From Paragordius varius (taxonomy: Eukaryota; Animalia; Nematomorpha), in NCBI GenBank assembly GCA_964247055.1, contig OZ176051.1, forward strand, positions 12,648,001 to 12,712,000: DNA of 64,000 bases, given 5' to 3'. Position numbers and translations under genes: made by a program. The notes under the pieces were generated by a model. The model ran no database searches and was not told the DNA's origin. It saw only the letters and a list, made by a program, of their open reading frames with translations. Positions 26,433-37,549 of this stretch are shown piece after piece (positions within the stretch are counted from its first letter, which is position 1; each line of letters begins with the position of its first letter).

Positions 26433-27954
26433 TTATCCATTCATTATTTCATCCAAATAGGGTGCATTAGATAAATTACCCCTAAGCGCTAAACCAACCT
26501 TGGAGCTCATTAATTTCTTAGCTACCTATAGTAAAAAAATAAACATAAGTGATGATAAATTCTCTTGTTAATAAGTTTTTTGAAAAATACACATAAATCC
26601 AATAAATATAATTATTCATGCTGATGATATGCATTTTTCTGAGCTATAAATTAATGACCGATTTTAAGGAAACAATAAAAGTAGCAATTAATATATTTTA
26701 ATTGGCACTATATATAAAGAATCGAAACAAGAGTCCTTATTATAAAAGATAAAGAACTCTATTGTGATCATAAAATTTTAATGTACACCCTTTTCCATAA
26801 TTAATGTATGCAAATAAGTAAAAAGTAACCCGGTTAATATCCTCCATAGTAATAGAATCAATAGCTTGAACAGTGTGGGAAAGGGGATCAACCCTATGAT
26901 TAACAATAGTTTGTAGCATAGCCTGTTGAAGTCTCATTTCTCCATCCTGATCTAAGCCTAAGGCAAGGCTAACCTTTAATTTTGTCCTTTTTCATCACAA
27001 AATAATTATAAAATTGTGAATCTTTAAACATCAAATAAATTTTTCTATTATATGCATGAAAGTTTCTTAAACAAATAGCAAAACAATAAAAAAATCAAAA
27101 GGTCCAAAAATACCACATACAATATATGATCACAATAAAAATTAAAAATAAATTATGCGATTAATATTTTTCCAGTCTTGATTCATTATAATACAACAGA
27201 GTGAGAAAACCCTAAAAAGAGTTAGAGTTGTAATTGAAAAGTAGCTTAATTTTCTATTTAACAATTAATGACGAATGTCTCATAAATAAAATCGGACATC
27301 CATCAAAAGTTATATTTTAAAAACAAAGTCTTTTACAATATAAGTTTTGTATCTAAATATTAGGGATTTGACTAAACGGAAAATCCCTAATATTTCCTAG
27401 CATGCTATATGCATCAGAAAGCTGGACAATAAAAAAGGTAGACGAAAAATACATTAACGCCTTCGAAATCTGGTGCTGGCGGAAGATACTTCGAATCACT
27501 TGGAAAGACAAAATAAAGAACATTGTAATCCTTGACAAAATAAACCCCGAGATACACCTGATTGGCATGTGCCTCAAAATGAAATTATCATACTTTGGTC
27601 ACATTACCAGAGCTAATGACTTGGAATTCCAACTAATGACAGGCAAGGTCGAAGGATCCAGGAAACGTGGACGCTGCAAGATGCGCTGGATCGAAAACCT
27701 AACCAAAGAAACCAATCTCTCTTTACAACAGCTAACATCACTTACTTACAATCGAATAAACTGGAGAAAATACACCTTCGAAAAAGCAATAAATCGACAA
27801 CGATCTTTGCTAAAAAAATCTAAATATATATATATATATATATATTAATTTAAATTTTAATTTATAATTTAATTTTATTTTTTACGTTTGACAAAGATTA
27901 CTTGTAGTAATCGAAATATCATAATAAATTATATAATTTTAGCTGAATTATAAT

Positions 27955-27999
<45 letters not shown>

Positions 28000-30900
28000 T
28001 TTGCCATTTCTAGCTCCTTAGAAGTTATCGAATTTTTAGTTGATGATGATAGGTCTCTAAAACACGAAATAACATTCCGTAGTAATATTGTTACGTAGGG
28101 GGATGGACTGACAATATGAACTCCAAAAAGACCTGTATCCATATAATTGGCGTTATAGCATGCCACCTATTAAATAAATAAAAAGAATAATGTATATTAC
28201 ATTAAACAATTGCTTTTTTTTGTAAATGTCATATTCCTTTAAGACTGGGCTGTCCAACTCAGTAATTTTTGCGGGCTGCTTTGATAATTTTTGTTATTTA
28301 TGTATTTTAAGCCAAATTTTAGATGATATAACTTCTAAATAATCATTATTTTTGATTGAAATCCAATTTTTTATTTTTTACCATAACAAAGCGTGTTGGA
28401 CTGCCGTGTTTTAAAGTATTCATTACATAATGAAGTATGAAAAATTAAATTTATCGTAAACTCTTGGACTAAATTATTCTGATTTAATCACCATATGTAA
28501 TGTTCTCAAAATATCATATAATGCAAATGTACAAGTAACACTCTAACTTCTTTTTCTAAAAAACCCAAATAAATTTATTTAAAAAATTTACGGAAAAGGG
28601 TGTAATATATGGATCCAGTTTTGGCATGCTATTATGAGTACAAGCCTTAGCCAATCGACCTGAAGTGTGCAATGCACCATATTTTATATGCGGGCCAACA
28701 CCCAAAATATGCTGTAAAATGCTGAGCGCTAAGACGTCTTTCGAATTTTTAAGGCTAAATTGTTTCAATATACATATTTTTTTAGGTGAAGTTTATGAAA
28801 TTAATAGAGAATACAAGACATAAAATTATTTTAGCCATTGTAAAGACGTCAAAAATAAGATAAAATAGGCTTGATTTTTAGCAGATTTTTTTATAATTTT
28901 TTTAATACTAATATTACAATAAATAAATTTGAATATACCATGTTTCTTTGAAAAGATATGTTATTTTATCAGATATTTGTGTTTATTTAATAAATATAAT
29001 ATTATGGTTATATTTTTTGTACAATATACCTAGCACCCTCTGATACTAACATGGCACAGGTAATGTCTGAATCCTTGTGTTTACGCGATTCTCCTTTAAA
29101 AATAAAAAGATTCAAAATATTTTTCCAACATTAAATTGTTAAAAGTGTTGCTTAATAAAAATATATTTCAAACCTGATATATATAACAAAAAAATAATAA
29201 TTTTATAAAAAAACGAAGTCAAACCTTACCATTATTGATGACAAAAAAAACTTTTACATTAATATATACAAATTAATTTTTCATCCGATATTCACGCCAG
29301 AACTCAATTAAAAAATAATTAAGTTTAATATATTATTAGTTATTATCATATCATACGTATTTTACAATCTAAAAAAGAAAAAAAGGTGGAATTATATATA
29401 TAATACCTCCAAAGAAAATTTTAGCATTTGTTCGAGATTGAACAACATTTTCGTGTTTAATGTTTTCATCCAAAGAAGCCTTTTGAGTCAAACTTTTAGC
29501 CGAGTTTTCGGGTAAACCCGAAAAATATTTGTAAGCGAAATTTGCCAAGGTTTGATGATCTATCCCAGTGGCACATAGGGCAGAATTCGCTAATGTGTAA
29601 TGTTCGTGATAAAAATCACGTAGCTAATAAAAAGAAAACATAGATAGATATAATTTATATTATACTTTTTTATATATATCTTTGGAAACTTGAATTTAAA
29701 TATAAAAAAGCAATAGAATACTGATATATAACGCATATTGAATGTAAAATAATAAATGGATAATTAATTACAAAATTATTATACTAAAATTTATAAATTT
29801 TTTCTATTGAGCTCGTAATTATCCCAAAAATTATAAGCTAAACGCAAGTTTAAAAAAGTTAAATTAATGTGTGTAAAAATATAATAAAACTATTGATGTA
29901 TGGTGGTAATACATAGTCCACAAAATTTATAGAAATCTTTAAACTAACAAATTTTTTAATTTGAAATGTACATCAGACAACATAAAAAAAACTTGTTAAA
30001 CATAACATAAAATTAAATAAATGTATATGAAAAAACAAACTTGGGCACACGTATGTTTCCCCATCATGAATTTTGGACAATACAACGAATTTGCTAAACC
30101 ATTACGAAACACTGCGTGATGCACATCTTCGATAACGGCTAAAATTATTATTGTATTAAAAATAAATAAATTTATAATAAAAACAACTATGAATCAAAAA
30201 AATATAGAAGTATCAAAATAAAATTCCAATTTTTAAGAAAAATAATACCCTTGCTATTTGTTACCCATTATGGTAAATATTAAAATATAAAGGCAAAACG
30301 TAAACACAAAGGACAAATATTTTTTTATAAAAGCAGACACCATACTTATTAAACAACCTGCTTTTTCCTACATAAACAATATAATTACATTTTTGCTATA
30401 TATATTATTGAGATGTTACCAATTATATCTCCATTCTTTATTTCAAACCCAACATGATAGGTTTTGAAAATATATGTTTTTCAGTTTATATATTTTATCC
30501 TCATTAATTCAATTACTGTTCACCCCTAAATATATGAAAATCCTTAAGTATTATAGTTCATTAAACATATAAAGTTGACCGAATACAACAAGAGATTTAA
30601 ACGTCACACGATATCAAACTAAAAACCAAAACCAAATTAATCAAGGCAACATTAATCTCCACATTACTATATGGGGGCGAAAGCTGGAGCACGCTGGAAA
30701 AATATAAAGAATGATTAATAAAATCTTTCGAAGTATGGGTTTGAGGGAAACTTCCCCAATTAAAGAAAAATTCCTAACGCCACCATTTTATATAAAATTG
30801 TCCGGAAATGTCTCTACTTGGCAGCCGAATACGGCAAAAAATTATCCAATTTCAATCACATTATGAGATCTAACTGACTTGAAAAGTCACTGATGCTGGG

Positions 30901-33136
30901 AATGGTGAGTGTCGTAAAAAAGGAAGAAGAATTCGTTGGATAGATAACATCGTCAAAGAAACAAATTAAACATTAGTCAAAGCTAAAAGCTAAATCTTGT
31001 ATTCGAAATAAATGGACAAGTTATATTTTCAATGTTGTAGTTAGTCGAAATAAACCTAGGCAACGACAAAAACAATCTATATTGTGAAAAAACCAATGTT
31101 AACAAATTTTTTCTTGTGAATATTTACGTTTGAATGTTAAAAAGTAAACTTAAAATGCAAATTTCCCATATTTGAACATTTTATCCTTATATTTTTGGGA
31201 AAAAAGATTTTTTAACAAATAAATAGATAGATAGATACCAACCAATTTCATCATTATGTCGTATCATATTTCGATCAAATTTTAGTCGATCCACATTTTC
31301 TTTAATCTCCCAGTGCTTAAAAGCTGGTTGCGTGGCAAGGTATGAAAAAAATTTGATTGCAGTCTCTCTGGGCAATAATATAAATAATATAAAATAAAAT
31401 ACAATTTTTTGGTGTTTTACACGTTATTTGTTATGAAATTTAGGAGAAAATAAGGAGATGAGGCTTGTAATGTTATGAAGATATTGAAAAAAAACTTTTT
31501 TTAAAACAACTAAGGTTATTTAAATTGAATTTGAGTAGAAAAGCCATTTAAATTTTAAATAACCTTAAGATTACAATTGTAATCAATAAAATGGATATTA
31601 CTTTTTTCGCAATACAACACAGGTATTCTAATTTTATTTTTTGTTCGACAAAGATTACTACTAGTAATAAAATTCATCCAATAAATATATATAATTTTAG
31701 CGGAATTATAATTGCAAGAATAATACAATAACACTTCAGCGTTAACTATATCTAAATAAAATTTATGGTTATTTTATAATTTTTTTTTAAAAAAACTGCC
31801 TTAAACTCAGTTTGTATAAATAAAATAATTTTTTGATTCGAATAATTTGTCAGAAAACTAAATTAACCATATAAATATTTGAAAAAAATATCAAATGAAT
31901 ATTATTTCCTTACAAAGTATCTCGACGACATGTAAGATTGTACATAGCATAATCTCTCGTAGTGTTGACGCTATATGCATACATAAAAATATATTTCATA
32001 TTAAAATTACAACATATCTTAACGTATGAAATATATTTTATTTTTGTATTTAATTTTGTGATTTTTAATAAAATTGAAAATAACTCATAATTAGGCCAGT
32101 AAATTACAATATTAAGATTAAATCTGAAAATATTTTAGCAAATTTAAATTAAATTTGGGTATACGATATAGATGCTCCCAAATGATCCAAATTTCTTGAG
32201 AGACCAAATTGTGTACATTTGTTAGTAGCCTGAAAAATATTATACATAAAATATGGTTATGGTAGTGTGTGCAGTGTTCAACCAAGGGTTTTTAAATTAC
32301 GATTACATATTTGATAATATATATTTAGAGATTATTAACATTGTAATATGCGAATTTTGAATAAATTTTTAGGAAAGGAAATAAATAAAAGGGTACAACA
32401 TCATAACATTAACATTAGGTGTGTTCAACACAAATGGCTTCCTGGGCCGCATTTGAGATATATAGGGCATTCTAAAATAATTTATTAGATTTCAAACATA
32501 AGACTGCAAAATGCCAACGCAATATTGCATTTTTTCTGGTTTTTGCCAATTTGATAGACTTATCTAGGAAACTGTTAGGAATTATTAATTTCGCTAGGAT
32601 TTTATGAGTATTAAATTATAAATTTAAAATCTTTTTTGCGGGCCGCACGAATGTCGGAAGGCCACGTATTGGACACTCCTGATTTACATCGTAGTTTTAA
32701 AAACAAAAATTATAAATTAACCAAAAAAATTCAAGATGTTAAAAGCAATAACTAAAAATTAAAACAATATTGGATAAATTTTGGTTTCAACCTAAAAAAA
32801 AATAAAATAGCAATGGAAGATTTATTACCAAAGACGCAACGATCCGCATCAAATGGGTTAATCCAATGTTACCTTCGGAAATACTTTCATACCTGGAGCC
32901 TGCCTTAACTATAAAACCAACATTTGTAACGGGGAAATTATTTTCCAGACTACATATGATTAGACCACTTTTTATACGAGAGAGCTAGGGATAAACATAA
33001 TTTAGTGAACTTGATAATTTTGTTCGGGTGGGGGAATCGCAATAGTCGGTTTTTCAAATTTTTTAACTACCTGAGGTGCGATTTTACTGTATTTTAGCTT
33101 AGAGCTAATTGCTAAACAACTCTTTAAAACCGGCAT
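26433..33136 (-). CDS. UQCRC2: Cytochrome b-c1 complex subunit 2 (core protein II, M16 peptidase fold), 475 aa
   Basis: 12 exons with all phases consistent: 33136-33071, 32984-32829, 32229-32165, 31970-31914, 31367-31243, 30138-30041, 29623-29407, 29093-29030, 28754-28592, 28166-28000, 26986-26830, 26525-26433. Motifs SLENNFPVTNVGFIVKAGSRYE, THLMRIVASL (non-catalytic), VIEDVHHAVFRNGLANSLYCP, LQHILGVGPHIKYG, YNANYMDTGLFG, GNLSNAPYLDEI. Confidence 0.95.
27355..27830 (+). mobile_element. 5'-truncated RTE-clade LINE fragment in UQCRC2 intron 10
   Basis: ORF 27402-27848: LYASESWTIKK..INAFEIWCWRKILRITW...LSYFGHITR...LMTGKVEGSRKRGRCKMRW, the typical RTE C-terminus. Confidence 0.9.
28255..28410. mobile_element. 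Small hAT-type MITE (CAGGG..TCCAAC family)
   Basis: CTGGGCTGTCCAACTC...GTGTTGGACTGCCG; interior shared with 41197-41387. Confidence 0.45.
30620..31070 (+). mobile_element. Decayed RTE-clade LINE 3' fragment in UQCRC2 intron 5
   Basis: LYGGESWS...KSFEVW, NHIMRSN*LEKSLMLG, GRRIRWIDNIVKET. Confidence 0.7.
32417..32683. mobile_element. hAT-type MITE in UQCRC2 intron 2
   Basis: Degenerate TIR TAGGTGTGTTCAAC / TTGGACACTCCTG with GGGCCGCA subterminal motifs. Confidence 0.45.
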
Positions 33137-33216
33137 AAAATTGACTTGGCGAATCCACTGCGCTCACAAATACATATGGTATCACAGCCCGCAAAATTTG
33201 AAATATACCACAAACA
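33137..33216. promoter_or_regulatory. 80-bp bidirectional promoter/5' region between divergent UQCRC2 and SPC25-like start codons
   Basis: ATG at 33136 (-) and ATG at 33217 (+); locally GC-richer spacer. Function is inferred from position only. Confidence 0.55.
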
Positions 33217-34169
33217 ATGAATAATCTTAAAGCAAAGTTTCTTAACCAAAGAAAGTCTTTAAATGCTTCTTTAATTCAAATTGTAAAGAATTCTGATGCT
33301 TTATGCGCCATGAAAATAGAATTTATTAAAAAGTCTATGGCGGCACAAACACAAAAGCCAATGGATCACAAGAGTAAAAATAATTTATGAAAGCTAGATA
33401 TGTTATTAGAAAAGCATCTCATTCAGAAAGATTGTTTGGAAAACTATGAAAAATTGGTTGATTGTGATATGGAATTCGATTTTTTGGAATTCGAACCAAC
33501 CACTGAATTAAACATGGAAGAGCAAGGTATTTTGCATAACTATAACTCAATAGAATTATCAAAAAAATTGATTCAAATTCAAAACATGTTTACAGACATC
33601 AAATTGAAAAATAAAAATGTTGAAATGTTACAAGGATTTCATATTGAAATACTAGATGGTTTAATATTCTCGATATATATTTTTAGATGGCAATATTCTA
33701 TTGGAACTCCTAAATGATCAACGGGAAAAGAAGGCTAAAATTACTTTAAAGTTTAACCCAAACGAAAATACTCATATCTATCAATGTAAGTGGCTTGTAA
33801 TTTGTTTACTATAATATCGTATTTTAAAACTTATAGGCTTTTAAATAATTTGATAGCAACTGATGTGGTTACGGTGATAAAAACCGCGTTCCTAAAATTT
33901 TATTCGGTATCAAAATGTCTCATGCAACAATAAAATATGGTTTACCGTGCTTTTATATTATTTAAAGTCAAAAAATGAATATAAAGCGGATACCTTATAA
34001 ATATTTAACATTCTTTAAAATATTATATCAAACACTTTTTTTAGATATCAACTGTGAGCCCACAGCTAATGTGAACATTGAAGAAATCCACAAAGCTTTC
34101 GAACATGTTAATCGACACGATGATTTCCTCAAATTCGTTAAAACTTTGAAGCATATATATAAGATGTAA
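33217..34169 (+). CDS. SPC25: Kinetochore protein Spc25-like (coiled coil plus RWD domain), ~213 aa
   Basis: Exons 33217-33373, 33398-33658, 33687-33785, 34045-34169 (introns 24, 28, 259 nt, all phase 1). GFHIEILDDGNILLEL aligns with human GLEIRKIYGEKLQFIF; YQYINCEP...DDFLKFVKTLKHIY aligns with YEVSDSAP...NNFSAFLANVRKAF. The first exon is least certain. Confidence 0.65.
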
Positions 34170-34232
34170 TTTATTATTTATAAATATTATTGCACATATA
34201 TTATTTTCAACAACTAAATTACTTTTTAATTT

Positions 34233-36937
34233 TTATAGATTCTTTTTTAAATTTTGTATTTTGGATAACCACTTTCTTAATGGTTCCACATTATAGGGTA
34301 GTATTATGTTAGGTTTATTACGACTGTCCTCCCCTAATATTTCATTTAATCGCGATAAAAACGTAGCAATTTTTAAAGCTTTTGGTTCGAAATTCTTTTG
34401 AGTGCTGAGGTAATCGGTGTAAAAGCGTTTACAATATTTTAACAGACTGTATAACAGTAACGTCCCACAATCTTTGGAGCGCAAGAGTTCAACTATTGTA
34501 TTAGGGTCGTAGGCATATTCTTTTATGAATTGATGAAATATTTTGTGGTATGTATATGTGATGGGTCTGTAATGGAGATGGTATAAAAATATTTTAAAAT
34601 TTTATCAATCGAATTTACAACATATTAAATTTTCAGTAAAAAAACGTCCTATTTTTGCCCAGAATCAGACGTAATAATTACCCTAAACAAATATGACAAA
34701 TTTTACGATAAAAAATTAAAATTATGCGGACAAAACGTAAAAATATATAAGGCAAGTTTTTTTTCAAAAGACACCATACTTTTTATACCTTAATTTCTCC
34801 AAATCATTTAATTACAATCGTTAACATTTTATGCTTGGCAGTTATAATCAATGAGTTTTAAAAAAATAAAATTTTGAAAGTCTGAATATTTTAGAAAATT
34901 GTCTTTATATTTTTAAATTTTGTCCGTATAATTTCAATTTTTACTGTTCATTGCATAGAAAGTTTGACACTTCGATTCTAATTGAAGTATCTAAATACCG
35001 CAGACAATTTTAAAGTTATAATTTTTTATAAGTACTAAAAGAAACGGTGCCAATTTAAATTTATGCTTCTATCGTAATAAAAATTATAAAAATCCGAAAT
35101 ATCTAAATAAAATTTAATTATGAAAAAGTTCCATAGCAAACTATACCATTTACACTTCAAGAGTGTCCTTGAACAATTCAAGTTGGTCCTTGAACAGTTC
35201 AAGTTGGTCCTTGAACAATTCAAGTTGGTCCTTGAACAATTCAAGTTGGTCCTTTAACTTTTTTGTTTTGTTTTTAACTTTTATCAATCAAATCGAAAAT
35301 AATTCGTCTATTTTATTGTTTTTAACCTATTTTCTATTATTTAACATAAATTTTAAATAGATATCAACTTTTAATCTTTGAAAAACCGTATATCTTTATT
35401 AATTTCTTAAAATAAATTTAGATATTTATAAGATTTTAACACGAAATGAAAAAATATATAAGTTTTCTGGGTTATTAATTAAATTTTTTTATTAAAAACA
35501 TTTAAACAATAATTTTGTTTAATTGAAAAAAAATAGTTTTAAACAAAAAAGTGGTTTTTCAATAAAAAAATTTATTTTATATGAATAAATATATAATAAA
35601 TAAAGAAAATTAGGTTAATAAATAATTAAATAAAAAAAATAAATGCAAAAATTATGGTTAAATCAAAATTTATAAATTTTAAGGACCAACTTGAATTGTT
35701 CAAGGACCAACTTAAACTGTTCAAGGACCAACTTGAATTGTTCAAGGACCAACTTGAATTGTTCAAGGACCAACTTGAATTGTTCAAGGACCAACTTGAA
35801 TTGTTCAAGGACCAACTTGAATTGTTCAAGGACACTCTTAAAGTGTAAATGGTATTGACGCCATTTATATTTTAAAATTTTAGTAAAATATCGTGTTTGT
35901 TTAATTTTAAAGCTAATTTTTTATTTAAATCAAATCTAACATTGATAGAAACAGAAAAAAGTTATAAAATATTTTTAAATTTTACTAATCACATGTCATG
36001 TTGACTAAATTTTTACCTTGAGGTTTTTCCTTAAAATAAGTAATATCAAGTATTTTTAAATAAACTTATTTATATTTTTCGGTTCATAAATGTTATATAA
36101 GTGCATATTTTTGCCATGGTTCCAATTCAGTTCATACACCCAAAATATTATAAATTCGGTACATTAAACATAGTTTAAGAATAACGTTAATACAAATCAC
36201 TTTTATAACTTTAAATATAAGTTACTTTTCATGTGTGAGATAATCGTATATAATAAAGAGTGATAGCATAACTTCAATCATTTCATAATCGTTGCCATTG
36301 AATTCTTTTAAAGAAGTTTGTTGTAACAACTCCATGTTTTCGGTTGATGTAGTAAAATCTTCATCGGTGGCTATCAGATAAGCCGTAGCTTTTATACAAA
36401 GTTTTTTGGCCACAATTTGTATTTCTGAATCTTGAAATGACTTATGCAGAATTAATAGTTTATCGAGCATTGTAAAACATATTTTTGTAATGATTTCAGA
36501 TTTTTTAATTAATAACACAGCATCCTCCAAAATTATTACATTATATATGAATTGATATAAGTAGTAATCGAATTTTAAATTTGGTATATTAATTAAATTA
36601 AGGCCAACTTTAGAGACTAAAATATCTTTGGGAAGTTTGGTACCAATTAATATAATAAAATTACGCAATAGGATAGAATCTTCAATCATAATTGCTAATA
36701 TTTTAGTTATGTTTTCGTATAAAAAATTGTAAACTAAATATTTTTAAAAAGATAAATTTACCCATATTAATATCTAATTCCATACAAAACAATATATAAA
36801 TTGAGGATTTTCTATCGATTTCTAATTGAATAAAATTTCTCGATAACTATCATTAAAATATATGCTACTTTATATTTTTCATATGCTTTTCTTGCCAATT
36901 CAAAAATTTGAATCAAATCCTCGTCGGTACTAATCAT
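34233..36937 (-). CDS. LINS1: Protein Lines homolog (Lines_N/Lines_C-like); 5' end uncertain
   Basis: Exons 36937-36762, 36733-36226, 34566-34233 (introns 28 and 1659 nt, phases match). DYEMIEVMLSLFIIY, YHKIFHQFIKEYAYDPNTIVELLRSKDCGTLLLYSLLKY and ILPYNVEPLRKWL resemble Lines DDDMLEA...PHCIFLFFL..IGFDSTVLLDFLISSETCFLEYFVRYL and FPYN..PL. Confidence 0.7.
34968..36130. mobile_element. piggyBac-like MITE, copy C (truncated), split by the 21-bp-repeat MITE
   Basis: Starts CACTTCGATTC; 34968-35145 plus 35853-36130 are colinear with 37012-37450. Confidence 0.65.
35146..35852. mobile_element. TA-flanked foldback MITE with 21-bp tandem arrays inside long TIRs
   Basis: TA|CCATTTACACTTCAAGAGTGTCC ... 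GGACACTCTTAAAGTGTAAATGG|TA; unit CTTGAACAATTCAAGTTGGTC x4 (35168-35251) and inverted x7 (35684-35830). Confidence 0.85.
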
Positions 36938-37011
36938 AAATTTTGAAAAAGAAGTTTAACATATGTCATAAGTGTTATGCAGCCAACAATGCTAAAATCT
37001 TACGAATTTAA

Positions 37012-37549
37012 CACTTCGATTTAAAGGGTATTAAAAACCCCAGATTAAATTTAATTTAGGATTTTTAAAAACTCCTGAAGCAAACGGTCCTAATTTAAAC
37101 TTATGCTTCTATTCTAATAAAAAATTTTTATAAATACCTAAATAAAATTTTGTTTTGAAAAAAAGTTCCATGTCAAACTACTTCGACGCTATTTTTTTAA
37201 ATGCAAAATATCGTCCTTATCTAATGAGTAACAAGCTAAATTTTTACTTAAATTACATCTAACATTTATAAAAATGGAAAAAGTGGTTTATTTTGTATTA
37301 TTTAATTTTATCATTTCACACATGTCACGTTGATGAAATTTTTACCTTTCGGTTCTTAAAATAAGTAATATCAAGTATTTTTGAATTAAATTTCTATTAT
37401 TTTGTTTAATTAATTTTATATAAATGCAAACTTCGCCATGGCTTCGATTCCTTCCATTTTTTTAAAAAATTAATTCTAAACAGGCCTGGGGTAATTTAAC
37501 TACCCCAATTTGAATCGAAGGACTGGAAGGATTGTGTTGTATTCAAGTG
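37012..37549. mobile_element. piggyBac-like MITE, copy B (intact, TTAA-flanked)
   Basis: TTAA 37008-37011 and 37550-37553; ends CACTTCGATT... and ...GTTGTATTCAAGTG; reverse orientation relative to 1965-2512. Confidence 0.75.

Noticed and set aside
35163-35848. CRISPR-like repeats and periodic ORFs (SLNNSSW, FKDQLEL, CSRTNLN)
   Set aside because: The units are contiguous 21-bp tandem repeats with no spacers, in a eukaryotic intron with no cas genes. The ORFs arise because 21 is a multiple of 3.
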